Made by a program: the position numbers and the translations under genes | Part shown: piece by piece, positions 36,006 to 45,997 of the stretch | Numbering within the stretch: position 1 is the stretch's first letter | How the letters are laid out: every line of letters starts with the position of its first letter | From: Flavobacteriales bacterium | GTDB taxonomy: Bacteria > Bacteroidota > Bacteroidia > Palsa-965 | Direction of reading: 5' to 3' | Length of the DNA: 64,000 nucleotides | Assembly (NCBI GenBank): GCA_040377305.1 | Contig: JBEIPA010000014.1 | Location: 64,001-128,000 of the forward strand | Notes under the pieces: model-generated | Databases searched by the model: none | What the model was told of the DNA's origin: nothing | Seen by the model: the letters and a program-made list of their open reading frames with translations, nothing else

Positions 36006-36779
36006 ATGAAAATATTTCTTGCACCTGTTGCATTGGGTCTGCTGCTGCTCACATGCAGTTCACCGAAAGAAAGTAATCACGCCGTTGATTCCGCTGCTGT
36101 TGACACAACGAAAAACGACACCCCGTTAGTCAGCGGCAATGGAGCTGCATTTGTCTACGGCATCGACATCTCTTCCTACCAGGGCGACGAGATCGATTTT
36201 CTTAACAGCAAACAGGATACACTTTCGTTTGTAATCTGCAGAGCAACACTCGGTATTACGGTTACCGACACCGACTTTAAGAACAACTGGAGCCTCATTC
36301 CACAAAAGGGATTTATCCGCGGGGCTTATCACTTTTATGAATGTAACGACGATCCAACCGAACAGGCGCAACATTATCTCGACATTGTTGGTACTCTTGC
36401 TGCCGGAGATCTTCCTCCTATTCTTGATTTTGAACAGGCGGGCCTCGCCGACATTATAGACAAGCAGAAAATTCAGAGTGACCTACTGACTTTTCTCAGC
36501 ACAGTGGAAAGCGCAACCGGGAGAACACCTTTGATTTATGTAAGTCCGGACTTTGCGAATGTGTATCTGACTGATCCGGCATTTGCGAAGTATCCCTTGT
36601 ACGTTGCCGACTACAACGGACAACAGAAGCCATCCGTTCCGACGGTGTGGAAATCGGAGCAATGGACGCTCTGGCAAAAAACGGACACCGTTCACGTGAA
36701 CGGAAATCAAAATGACTACGACATGTTCAATGGTAGCGCAGAAGCCTTACAGGCATTCATTAACGGAACCGGCAAGTAA
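36006..36779 (+). CDS. GH25 lysozyme/muramidase lipoprotein
   Basis: GIDISSYQG, RGAYHFY, PPILDFE, WTLWQ. Confidence 0.9.
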   Translation: MKIFLAPVALGLLLLTCSSPKESNHAVDSAAVDTTKNDTPLVSGNGAAFVYGIDISSYQGDEIDFLNSKQDTLSFVICRATLGITVTDTDFKNNWSLIPQKGFIRGAYHFYECNDDPTEQAQHYLDIVGTLAAGDLPPILDFEQAGLADIIDKQKIQSDLLTFLSTVESATGRTPLIYVSPDFANVYLTDPAFAKYPLYVADYNGQQKPSVPTVWKSEQWTLWQKTDTVHVNGNQNDYDMFNGSAEALQAFINGTGK

Positions 36780-36787
36780 AATTATTG

Positions 36788-37402
36788 TCAGAGCGGCTCG
36801 CGTATTATTTTACCCGCATTTCCCCTCTGCAACGAATGGTGCTCCAGCCATTGCGACCTTTGTTGCGCGTTCAATTCATCGACATGCATACCGAGCAGTT
36901 TATTCTTCAAACGTTCAGTAGCTGCTTTTTTATTCAACATCTGCGAACGTTCCTCTGAAGCCGTAACACTGATTCCGCTTGGAACATGCGTAGCACGAAC
37001 TGCTGATTCCGTTTTGTTCACATGCTGTCCACCGGGACCTGATGCGCGCATGGTTTGATACGTAACGTCTTTCTCTTTCCATTCAGGAAAAACGGATACA
37101 TCATAAACGTGGATGCCCGCAAACCAATTTTTTCGTTTGTGGTTTTTCCGGAACGGACTCTGCGCAATCCACTGCACGGTTCCTTCCCACTCTATATAGA
37201 ACGAAGACACGTTTTCTCCTCTGATCCGGATCAGTGCCGACAACAACGTATCATCCGGCTTCCCGGGAACAAGCTCAATGATTTCCACACCGAGCTGTTC
37301 CCGTTCTGCCGCTTTCGTAATCTTCTTAAGAAGAAGCGCCACAACTCTTTCGCATTCTGCCGGACCTTTGCCGGAAGTTATCTGCATGATTTTTTCTTTC
37401 AT
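36788..37402 (-). CDS. prfH: Peptide chain release factor H
   Basis: TSGKGPAEC, GTVQW...SPFR..HKRKNWF, GGQ motif; adjacent to rtcB. Confidence 0.93.
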   Translation of the reverse strand: MKEKIMQITSGKGPAECERVVALLLKKITKAAEREQLGVEIIELVPGKPDDTLLSALIRIRGENVSSFYIEWEGTVQWIAQSPFRKNHKRKNWFAGIHVYDVSVFPEWKEKDVTYQTMRASGPGGQHVNKTESAVRATHVPSGISVTASEERSQMLNKKAATERLKNKLLGMHVDELNAQQRSQWLEHHSLQRGNAGKIIREPL

Positions 37403-37407
37403 CGTTT

Positions 37408-38814
37408 CTATTCTTTATTCATGCGTACAATCTTCGGCGTAAACTTTCCGTGAACCTCCACGAGATCCTGCTGTGCCTTCATCACGTCATCGATGTCTTT
37501 GTATGCAAGAGGCGATTCTTCAGAACTTCCTCCGACCATCGTTACATCTGCAGCATTCAGCATTTGTCGTAATCCGGAATTCGTAATAGATTCCTTCGCT
37601 TTTTTACGCGACATTTTTCTGCCCGCTCCATGCGAAGCAGAGTTTAGTGATTCCGGAACTCCTTTGCCACACACGAGATATCCACCGTGAATCATGTTAC
37701 CAGGAATAATTCCAAGCTCGCCTTTGTGCGCCGGCGTAGCACCTTTACGATGAACAATCATCTCTGCTCCATCTTCCATCGTCTCTTTCCATGCAAAGTT
37801 GTGATGATTCTCTACTTTCGCAACTGGTTTAATTCCGAGTGCACGAGAGAGATTGATGTGAATCCTGTCGTGACACGCTTTCGCGTAATCGCCTGCAAGA
37901 TTCATACTCAGCCAATATTCCTGTCCTTCCGCGCTGGTGAGATCAAGCCACGCCATGTGTTGTGCATTGCGCGGAAGCTTGCACACGTCCATCGCAACAT
38001 CCGTGTAGTGCTTTGCGATTGTTGCACCCAATCCGCGTGAACCGGAATGCGACAAGAGTGCAACATAATTTCCTGCCGCCATGCCCAGTGTATTTTCCTC
38101 ATTGAGTTCAATCACACCAAACTCTACGAAGTGATTTCCTCCACCCGATGATCCCAGCTGTCTGACTGCTTTACCATGCAATTTTTTCAGCAGTTGCGTT
38201 TCATTGAACGACGGATCATCAAGCACATCATGATCCTGCGCGAATTCCAGACATCCTTCCATTCCGAAGTGCGTGTAATCTTTCAGCGCCATTTTCAATT
38301 CGTGCCGGTTATGTTCAAGATACTTTTCCGGCAAATCAAAAATGGAAAGCGCCATGCGACAACCAATGTCAACACCAACTCCAAATGGAATTACTGCATT
38401 CTCCGCAGCAAGCACACCTCCAATCGGCAAACCGAATCCGCTGTGCGCATCAGGCATCAGCGCTCCTCGTCTGCTTACCGGTAAGCTCAACGCAATTTCC
38501 ATTTGCTGAATTGCTGAGTACTCGATGTGTTGACGTCCGTAGATTTTCACCGGAGCCAACTCGCTGAGCAATTCATGCGTGCGATACTTTTTGTCGGGTA
38601 ATCTTTCCATGAACGTAGACGCCAGTTTCGACAACACTCCATCGCCCAGAAATTCTTCCGGATTTGCTTTCACCTCACAGAACAATTTCAGCACCTCTTC
38701 CTTTGCAGTGTGCTTGAAATGTTGCGACGCGATGATCACTGCCAGACTTTTCGATGTATTGTGATGAAAGCCCATGCGATCGAGATCTTTACTTTTAACT
38801 TTATTCTTACTCAT
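37408..38814 (-). CDS. rtcB: RtcB RNA ligase (copy 2, PrfH-associated)
   Basis: All RtcB motifs present; start MSKNK at 38814 by comparison with copy 1. Confidence 0.93.
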   Translation of the reverse strand: MSKNKVKSKDLDRMGFHHNTSKSLAVIIASQHFKHTAKEEVLKLFCEVKANPEEFLGDGVLSKLASTFMERLPDKKYRTHELLSELAPVKIYGRQHIEYSAIQQMEIALSLPVSRRGALMPDAHSGFGLPIGGVLAAENAVIPFGVGVDIGCRMALSIFDLPEKYLEHNRHELKMALKDYTHFGMEGCLEFAQDHDVLDDPSFNETQLLKKLHGKAVRQLGSSGGGNHFVEFGVIELNEENTLGMAAGNYVALLSHSGSRGLGATIAKHYTDVAMDVCKLPRNAQHMAWLDLTSAEGQEYWLSMNLAGDYAKACHDRIHINLSRALGIKPVAKVENHHNFAWKETMEDGAEMIVHRKGATPAHKGELGIIPGNMIHGGYLVCGKGVPESLNSASHGAGRKMSRKKAKESITNSGLRQMLNAADVTMVGGSSEESPLAYKDIDDVMKAQQDLVEVHGKFTPKIVRMNKE

Positions 38815-38971
38815 TTGTTTCTTCGTTGTTGAATTTAAGTTCTTTGAATTCTCTTCCCACTGTAAGCCGAATCCGTTGCTTCTCCTCTTGTGTCTTTCGG
38901 ATCTGAGTTCTTCTTCGTTTTGTTCTGAACCTTCCGGACAAGACATAGGAATCCCATGTGGCTGTTGCCAT
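38807..38971 (-). CDS. Small basic protein (54 aa) coupled to rtcB copy 2
   Basis: MATATWDSYVLSGRFRTKRRRTQIRK...; A-rich initiation context; stop overlaps the rtcB start (ATGAGTAA). Confidence 0.5.
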   Translation of the reverse strand: MATATWDSYVLSGRFRTKRRRTQIRKTQEEKQRIRLTVGREFKELKFNNEETNE

Positions 38972-39123
38972 TGTTTTTTGTTGTGTTGAATAAACAGTGA
39001 ATTATTCCGATGAATCAGAAGACCTGCAAATGCAACCACGGGCCACAGAAATTCTGTAGTTAGTCAGCGCCGACTATGAAAACTTTATTCGTAAAAAATG
39101 GAAATAGAATTCAAAGCCGCGCT

Positions 39124-39168
39124 TTACGCGGAGAACTGCAGAGGTGATATGTTCGCTTGTTCTTTCAT
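39124..39168 (-). CDS. Putative leader peptide MKEQANISPLQFSA
   Basis: 14-aa ORF preceded by TAAGGAGG at 6-nt spacing. Confidence 0.55.
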   Translation of the reverse strand: MKEQANISPLQFSA

Positions 39169-39282
39169 GATGCTCCTCCTTACTTGTTAGAAGAGATTTG
39201 AATTCTGTGGCAAATATGATGAAATAAATAAATCACTTCCAAATTTATTTTCATAAAATAATTTTGGAAGTGCGTGGACTCT

Positions 39283-40182
39283 CTACGGGTAGTCCGTATT
39301 AGCTTTATTTATCCATCCCATAATGTGCGTACAACGGCTTGTAGAATCATAGGTCATTACGCGTAACCAGTTGCGTCCGTCGACAACCTTTTCTTCATAG
39401 ACACCAAGTTGTGTATGCTCATTCACACGTATTGTTCCATAATAGTAAGTGCGCGTATGGGTACTCTTTAATGGAAACGGATGCATGTTCGTGCCGTGAA
39501 CAACATGCGTAAGACCCAACAATGTGAGCTTCGACATGGTTTGCGTTCTTTTCGATACACAGGTACGTAGCTCAATAGAGAATCCTTCGTTTGTAACACG
39601 TATATCATTATACGTGTCGTAAGGATAATCGCAGCATGCCGGGTATCTGCATCTGATGGAGACGATGCGCCCTTGCATATACTCCAGATGAGTTACGTTT
39701 GCGCCGGTGGTGCCGAAATAACTAAACCTGTTTTGTTTCACCACAAAATATATGCAGGCGTTATCGTCGGCGCCGTTGTTGTACCGAACAACGAGATCGT
39801 CGGTGGTGTCTCCGTTAAAGTCGAAAATGAATATTTCAGCACGCCCGTTTCCTTTAATCCATTTCCCGGTAGAATCGGTGTATGATTCTTCATACGTGTG
39901 CAACGATGTGCTGTCACTGAAATTTGTTTCCAGAAACGCAAGCGGATTTATTTTGAGCACGCCGGATTCGCTAATGGCCTTTCTCAGAAGTGTTATTCGC
40001 TCTTGTATCGCTAGTGGTTTTTTATCGAACCGTGAGAAAGAAACCGTGTCGTGCGAAAAATAATTGCTGTCCAGCACTGCGGGAAAATTATCTGTGCCGC
40101 TCTCCGTTGGAAACTCTGCATTTTGAAAAGAAGTGCAGGCGATTATAATTCCTGCAATGAGTAGTCTGCCAGCAAATTTCAT
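39283..40182 (-). CDS. Hypothetical secreted/lipoprotein
   Basis: Signal with Cys; DFNGD..DD FG-GAP-like loop. Confidence 0.6.
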   Translation of the reverse strand: MKFAGRLLIAGIIIACTSFQNAEFPTESGTDNFPAVLDSNYFSHDTVSFSRFDKKPLAIQERITLLRKAISESGVLKINPLAFLETNFSDSTSLHTYEESYTDSTGKWIKGNGRAEIFIFDFNGDTTDDLVVRYNNGADDNACIYFVVKQNRFSYFGTTGANVTHLEYMQGRIVSIRCRYPACCDYPYDTYNDIRVTNEGFSIELRTCVSKRTQTMSKLTLLGLTHVVHGTNMHPFPLKSTHTRTYYYGTIRVNEHTQLGVYEEKVVDGRNWLRVMTYDSTSRCTHIMGWINKANTDYP

Positions 40183-40197
40183 CCTCGAATATAATAG

Positions 40198-40230
40198 AAA
40201 AGCCCCGAAGATATTTTCTTCAGGGCTTTT
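40198..40230. terminator. Bidirectional terminator-like hairpin
   Basis: aaaagcccc gaaga...tcttc agggctttt. Confidence 0.55.
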
Positions 40231-40295
40231 AGGAATTCCGATTTGTTATTCGAATAAAGTATTCGTTTATTTTCATGATACAACGCCATCAGGTA

Positions 40296-41006
40296 TCAGC
40301 CTTCCATCCTTTTCAAAAAATCACTCTTCCTGCGTCGCGACAACAAAACTGTTTTCCCGTTGCGTAACTCGATGGTGCCACCGTCGTTGTTCGAAAGCTT
40401 TACAACGTGTGAACAATTCACAAGCCACGATTTGTGCACGCGAAAAAATCCGTGCGACGATAATTCCTCTTCGAACTCGCCAATGTTTCTGGTTACGAGT
40501 TGTTGCTTCCCGTCGGATAAGTACAAAGTGGAATAACGCCCCTCTCCTTCAATGCCAATGATGCTATTCGCCGGAACAAACTGAATGCCCGCCGTGGCAC
40601 TGAGCCGAACGCGATAGTCTGAGTGCAATGCAACTTCTTTGTCTCTGCGCACCGCAGCACGAGCAACGGCAACACGAAGCTCTTTGTATGACACCGGCTT
40701 CAGCAAGTAGTGAATTGCTTCGACTGTAAACGCGCGCTGTGCGTAATCAGCATGGCCGGTAACAAAAACAAGTGACGCTCCTGTAGACGCGGCAATTTCT
40801 GCGAGATCAAATCCCGTGCCCTCGGAAAGTTCCACATCCAAAAAAGCGATGTCGGGTTTCACCGAGAGAATTTGCGGAACAGCCTCCTTAATTGAAGAAG
40901 CGGTTCCGATCACATCGACTTCGGGACAATACAATTTGAGTAGCTCGCGTAATCCGTCAATTGCGTGCTGTTCGTCATCAACGATTAATGCTCTCAGCTT
41001 TTTCAT
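40296..41006 (-). CDS. LytTR-family response regulator
   Basis: IVDDE, FLDV, YLLKP, FFRVHKSWLVN. Confidence 0.92.
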   Translation of the reverse strand: MKKLRALIVDDEQHAIDGLRELLKLYCPEVDVIGTASSIKEAVPQILSVKPDIAFLDVELSEGTGFDLAEIAASTGASLVFVTGHADYAQRAFTVEAIHYLLKPVSYKELRVAVARAAVRRDKEVALHSDYRVRLSATAGIQFVPANSIIGIEGEGRYSTLYLSDGKQQLVTRNIGEFEEELSSHGFFRVHKSWLVNCSHVVKLSNNDGGTIELRNGKTVLLSRRRKSDFLKRMEG

Positions 41007-43986
41007 ACGTCGCGGGTTTGTTGGTTGTATACGGAAGAGTGAGCCGAACAAGTGTGCCCGACGCTTCTTTAGTCGATGGATTTATCTTGTCAATTATTTC
41101 GAATGTGTAATTTTCGTTGTACATCTGACCCAGAACCCGAAGGCGATCGCGTGTAATGTCAGTTCCGGCCGACGTATGTCCTTTCTTGTTCTGAGAAGAC
41201 GCGGCTCTTCCGATTCCGTTGTCTTCCACTTCGCAAATTAGTCGTATGCCCTGCAAACTTAAACGAATTACCACCTCACCTCCGCCTTCCTTTCTTCGTA
41301 ATCCATGAACGAGTGCATTCTCTACGAGAGGTTGAATAAGCATGGCGGGTACAGACAGCTTTTCCACTTCAACATCCTTTCCAAGAATAAATTGATAACT
41401 AAGACTTCCCTCGAATCTCACTTCTTCGAGTTCAAAGTACATGGCGAGAATGCGCAGTTCTTCTTCCAGTGGAATATATCGTTCCGTCGAATTGTGTAAG
41501 CTTTTGCGGAGGAGTGTTGCAAATGTGGAAAACATGTCCAACGCTTTCGTTTTTTCCTCCTTAAGAACCAAAGCCTGAATGGTGTTCAATGTATTAAAAA
41601 CGAAATGCGGATTCATTTGTGAGGCCAACGCTTGCTGACGAAAGATCAGGACTTGTTCACGTAACAAATGTCGGCGGCGAATCATTCGGATACGCATAAC
41701 AATGACCATATACATCAGAAGTCCCCCAACTACAATACACCCGGCGATAAACCACCACGTATTCCAGAATGGAGGTACAATTGTAAATGCGAAAATCGCG
41801 GGTTGAGAAGACCACTCTCCCGATTCATTTTGCGCCAACACTTCAAACATATAATCACCCGCTGCGAGCGCCGCAAACTCTACCGTATTTTGCTTTGTGT
41901 AAATCCAGTCTTCCCCGGTGCCAGCCAGCCGGTAACGATACTGCACGTTTCCCCTCATCCTATATGCGATTCCGCAGAAACTAATGCGCAATGAGTTTTG
42001 ATCATGCCTGAGTTCCGATTTCCTGTCTGTCTGCAATGCGCTATCCCCCAATGCTACGCCGGTAATATGAACACGCGGAGCTACTGAATTTGTCGAAAGC
42101 GATGTATTGAATGTGATCACCTGATTTCCGTCACACAACCACAATTGATCTTGCGCGGGAAGATACCCCGGCTTGCCTCCCTGGGTGAGAATACTTCTAA
42201 TAACAAGTTGCTCCTTAAATGTTATGCCAGTGGAAGTACATGATATTTCAAATACACCGTCTTGTGTAGAACACCAGACGGTGTTACCGGCACCGGTAAC
42301 AATTCCATAAATGTGATCACACGGAAATCCATCGGCCTGTGAAAGGGTGCGCACCTCAGAGTTGCTCATAAACACAATCCCATTGCTCTGCGTTGCAACT
42401 ACTAATGTCGAATCAGCAAGCTCACATATCCCGGCAATTCTTCTCGTAAGCAAATCACTGCTGGCACCGACATAGATCATTGATGTATCAACTACTTTGT
42501 ACAATCCATCAAGTGCACCAACCCAGATGGCACCGCTGCAATCTTCAAATAAAACATCAGGTCTGTGCCTGACTTTGTGGTCGCCGAAAATAAATACTGT
42601 TCCGTCTGCATCCACGTTGAACAAATTCCACGATTGACCTACATACGTTTTGTCATCTTTACAAATAATACTGTTTGTCGAGGCCCTAAATATTATTCGA
42701 TGATTCCCGGTGGAGGCAACATATTCATAAGCGCCTTGTGTAGTCCCGATCATAAGCGCATCGTGTTTCTCAGTCCAGACGAGTGCGTTGTACGCTATCA
42801 CATCCGGAATCGGAGGATAAATTGTTGCAGTATCATTGAAAATTGAAACCAAACCGTGATCGCGCCACAATACATACATTCCTCCGGAAGTGTCCGGAAG
42901 AAATTCACGCGCTTCATCATTATCAAAAAAGCTCCACGCTCTGATCGCAACGTTTGGCACAAAGAAAAGACCGTGGTGATGCGTTGCTACCCAGAATGAG
43001 CCTTCAGCGTCTTGCTGTATTGAGGTAATTATTTCGCTTTCATAAAATCGTTCATAGCTTGCGCCCGCTATTCTGGCACCGGGTGCATACTTGTAAATAC
43101 CCGCTCCGTTGGTGCCCATCCAAATGCAACCGGCCTGGTCCTCCATCACGCTGAGGATATTGATTGGCAATTCGGTTTTAGTTGTCCGTCCTGAAACATC
43201 AATTTCGTAAACTTTTCGTCCTACGCAAAACAAGATGCTACCATCGCTTCGCTTCAGTCCCGACAAATCATAATGTGGTGGAATACCTGCTAACGAGTCC
43301 AGCGTAATGGTCTTATCATTCGTAAACTGGACCAGAACTGCGCCGCCTTTTTTGTAGGCCGTGCTAGACCCTATGAGAAATTTTCCCGAACGACTCATCT
43401 TTGCCCAGAATAATCGATCAATGCTATTCTTTGTGGTTGTGCGTTCCAACTTTCCGGATGCACTTATTCTAACATCACCGTACGACAAGAATCCGATTTC
43501 GAGCGCACCGGAAGAATCAACATCCATTGTCCGCACAATGCGAACTCCCGGCAAATATTTTTCAATTGTATCGTTATACTGGTAACTAGTTACTTTGTTG
43601 TTCTCAATGTAACACAGTTCACCATTAAAGGGCATGAGCCAGATTCGTCCACGAACATCTTCGTGCAATCGAAAAACAGTATTGTCTGTTAATCCTTGAG
43701 CTGTAGTGAATGGTTGAAAAGTATAGCCATCAAAGCGGAAAACACCGCGATCGCCAGCCACCCAGATAAAGCCCAACTTGTCCTGGTGAACATCGTAAAT
43801 CTCTTCGCATGTTAAACCTTGCTGCTTGGTGTAACAGAAGTACGCCGGAGATTGTGCCGAAACTAATATTGCAAGGAAGAGTAGAATTAATGACGAAACA
43901 ACCTGCCGTTGGAAGCAGTTAAATTTCGCGAAGGATAATTTTTGTTTCCCCCAATAAATAAAGGTCATGCACAGGTTTGTGCACAT
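40978..43986 (-). CDS. LytS-type histidine kinase with beta-propeller/Y_Y_Y sensor
   Basis: Propeller repeats, YRYRL Y_Y_Y, QMNPHFVFN, IQPLVENA, EDNGIG. Confidence 0.92.
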   Translation of the reverse strand: MCTNLCMTFIYWGKQKLSFAKFNCFQRQVVSSLILLFLAILVSAQSPAYFCYTKQQGLTCEEIYDVHQDKLGFIWVAGDRGVFRFDGYTFQPFTTAQGLTDNTVFRLHEDVRGRIWLMPFNGELCYIENNKVTSYQYNDTIEKYLPGVRIVRTMDVDSSGALEIGFLSYGDVRISASGKLERTTTKNSIDRLFWAKMSRSGKFLIGSSTAYKKGGAVLVQFTNDKTITLDSLAGIPPHYDLSGLKRSDGSILFCVGRKVYEIDVSGRTTKTELPINILSVMEDQAGCIWMGTNGAGIYKYAPGARIAGASYERFYESEIITSIQQDAEGSFWVATHHHGLFFVPNVAIRAWSFFDNDEAREFLPDTSGGMYVLWRDHGLVSIFNDTATIYPPIPDVIAYNALVWTEKHDALMIGTTQGAYEYVASTGNHRIIFRASTNSIICKDDKTYVGQSWNLFNVDADGTVFIFGDHKVRHRPDVLFEDCSGAIWVGALDGLYKVVDTSMIYVGASSDLLTRRIAGICELADSTLVVATQSNGIVFMSNSEVRTLSQADGFPCDHIYGIVTGAGNTVWCSTQDGVFEISCTSTGITFKEQLVIRSILTQGGKPGYLPAQDQLWLCDGNQVITFNTSLSTNSVAPRVHITGVALGDSALQTDRKSELRHDQNSLRISFCGIAYRMRGNVQYRYRLAGTGEDWIYTKQNTVEFAALAAGDYMFEVLAQNESGEWSSQPAIFAFTIVPPFWNTWWFIAGCIVVGGLLMYMVIVMRIRMIRRRHLLREQVLIFRQQALASQMNPHFVFNTLNTIQALVLKEEKTKALDMFSTFATLLRKSLHNSTERYIPLEEELRILAMYFELEEVRFEGSLSYQFILGKDVEVEKLSVPAMLIQPLVENALVHGLRRKEGGGEVVIRLSLQGIRLICEVEDNGIGRAASSQNKKGHTSAGTDITRDRLRVLGQMYNENYTFEIIDKINPSTKEASGTLVRLTLPYTTNKPATYEKAESINR

Positions 43987-44048
43987 AAATCAGCAGAGTG
44001 GTCGCCAGGGAGCGTGGGCGGGTTTGTTCTCTAAATATAAGAACAATC

Positions 44049-44642
44049 TTATTTCGCTACACCTTGTTTGGTCTCTACAGTTGCATGCTCCCTTACACTC
44101 TTCATGGCCTGGCCCCATTCCGTAACCTGGTCGAATAATTTTTCCACCGACTTCAGGTGACGTTCTCTGGGTTTGAAGCGAAAACTGTCTTCGAAATCTT
44201 CGGACAATGAAAGGATGACCTGTGCGCGCACATCGGCAATCATCAGTGCGCCCATTATTACGCGCAAATGTTCTACGGAACGCACCCCTCCCTCGCTTCC
44301 GTAGCTCACAAATCCAGCCGCTTTGTTATTCCACTCTTTAAACAAATAGTCCAATGAATTTTTCAGTGCAGCGTTAATGCCGTGATTGTATTCTGGAACA
44401 ACGAATACAAATGCATCATATTGTGAAATCTTCGCCGACCAATCTTTGGTGTGCTGGTGTGTGTACTTACCTTTCGCTGCTGGGAGCGGTTCGTCAAGTA
44501 GCGGAAGCTTCCAGTCCAACAAGTCTACCAAATCGACTTGCGCGTCTGTGCGCTTGCGGGCTTGTTCGTAAACCCATTTGCCAACTGCGTCGCCGTTGCG
44601 GTTCGGACGCGTACTGCCAATAATAACTGCAATTCTGATCAT
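44049..44642 (-). CDS. NADPH-dependent FMN reductase
   Basis: GSTRP.R, PEYNH, LKNSLD, VSYG. Confidence 0.92.
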   Translation of the reverse strand: MIRIAVIIGSTRPNRNGDAVGKWVYEQARKRTDAQVDLVDLLDWKLPLLDEPLPAAKGKYTHQHTKDWSAKISQYDAFVFVVPEYNHGINAALKNSLDYLFKEWNNKAAGFVSYGSEGGVRSVEHLRVIMGALMIADVRAQVILSLSEDFEDSFRFKPRERHLKSVEKLFDQVTEWGQAMKSVREHATVETKQGVAK

Positions 44643-44656
44643 ACGCTCGAAAGGAT

Positions 44657-45226
44657 TTAGTGTGTTGATTTGTAATTCTCGCGCATCGACCCAACAAAAA
44701 GCACAATCTTCTTCACATCGTCTCTCGAGAGTTGATCTTCTTTGAATGCCGGCATATCGCCCATGCCCTGACGTACCTGAAAGTGGACCAAAAAATCAGG
44801 GAGAGGCTTGTCAATTAAGGATGGTCCGGTGCCTTTATTTCCTCCGGGATGACATTGGTTACAGTGTGTCATGAACAACTGCATTCCCGCATACTCGCCG
44901 TGTGTCATGCGTATGTTGAGTGAATCCGGTTCTTCGTCTTCAATATTTTCGATATCATTCTTCTGAATGTAAACCGTGTAATTGTCCGTCGACAAAACAG
45001 TATCACTACCGTCAGTCTCATCCGCTTTATCTCCGCCGCACGATGCGACAAGTGTAATGGAGAATACGACCAACAGAATTGAAATAGATTTCTTCAGGAT
45101 TTCTCCGTTTGTTCGCGATCGGAGAAACAATGCTGCACCGGTTATAAATGTAACCACTGCAATAAGTAGTTTCAACTCCATGAGGAATGCTGTGTTGTGT
45201 GTAAAAGATAGAAGGGAGTGAAACAT
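44657..45226 (-). CDS. Membrane-anchored cytochrome c
   Basis: CNQCH, GPSL, MPAF. Confidence 0.85.
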   Translation of the reverse strand: MFHSLLSFTHNTAFLMELKLLIAVVTFITGAALFLRSRTNGEILKKSISILLVVFSITLVASCGGDKADETDGSDTVLSTDNYTVYIQKNDIENIEDEEPDSLNIRMTHGEYAGMQLFMTHCNQCHPGGNKGTGPSLIDKPLPDFLVHFQVRQGMGDMPAFKEDQLSRDDVKKIVLFVGSMRENYKSTH

Positions 45227-45251
45227 TCACTCCCTTCGTGATTTATGATCG

Positions 45252-45425
45252 TCACTTCTTGTCCTTGAACAACGCTGCACCAAACAATAATGTCAGTACC
45301 AGCATTACCAGGAAAACGAAGAAGATCACTTTTGCTACCGACGCCGCGCCAGCTGCAATTCCGGTGAAACCGAAAATAGCCGCTACAATTGCGATGACGA
45401 AAAATATGGCTGCCCATCTTAACAT
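45252..45425 (-). CDS. DUF1328 (YtjA-like) small membrane protein, missing from the ORF track
   Basis: [36 protein letters not shown]... Confidence 0.88.
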   Translation of the reverse strand: MLRWAAIFFVIAIVAAIFGFTGIAAGAASVAKVIFFVFLVMLVLTLLFGAALFKDKK

Positions 45426-45451
45426 GACCGTACGTTTTAAGTTGTTATTGA

Positions 45452-45997
45452 CTAGGATGATATAGTGTGTTCGCTCAATTGCGAATCATTGTTTTTATTT
45501 TTTGAACGTCGCTCCTTTTTATCCCCACTCTTCTTCGCATGCCAGGATTCGGCTTCTTCGATGGAATGTGACTCTTGCAGATTCTCCGCGTGCTTGGACA
45601 TCTCTGCGAGCTTGCGGTAATACTTCTGCAATACATTCAGTTCTTCTTCCGTGAGATCTTCAACACTTACAAGACGGTTACTCGCGAGTTCATAAGATGC
45701 TACAAGTTCATTCAATTTGAGATGGAGCGCGACTGACTCCTTGTTTTGTGCACGCTGAATCACAAACACCATCAGAAACGTAATGATCGTTGTGCCTGTG
45801 TTAATGACTAACTGCCATTCCGATGAGAAATTGAAAATCGGACCCAGTGCAGCCCACACTACCACTGCGGCTGCCGCTGCAATAAAAGCAGGAGTACTTC
45901 CACTTGCTTTGCTCACCCACATTGAAAATTTTTCAAAGATCGTGTGGCGCTTGCTGCCTATCTTATGGTGAGTCTCCATACAGCATAACCAGAGCAA
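45452..45997 (-). CDS. Low-affinity iron permease (Fet4-like) family protein
   Basis: [23 protein letters not shown]. Confidence 0.88.
   Translation of the reverse strand: MLWLCCMETHHKIGSKRHTIFEKFSMWVSKASGSTPAFIAAAAAVVVWAALGPIFNFSSEWQLVINTGTTIITFLMVFVIQRAQNKESVALHLKLNELVASYELASNRLVSVEDLTEEELNVLQKYYRKLAEMSKHAENLQESHSIEEAESWHAKKSGDKKERRSKNKNNDSQLSEHTISS

Noticed and set aside
38815-39039. 75-aa N-terminal extension of RtcB copy 2 in the ORF track
   Set aside because: Similarity to copy 1 begins at MSKNK, and a better small ORF occupies another frame
22400-39300. Prophage or integrative element carrying the tRNA arrays
   Set aside because: No integrase, transposase, structural genes or att-like direct repeats were recognised; GH25 alone is insufficient
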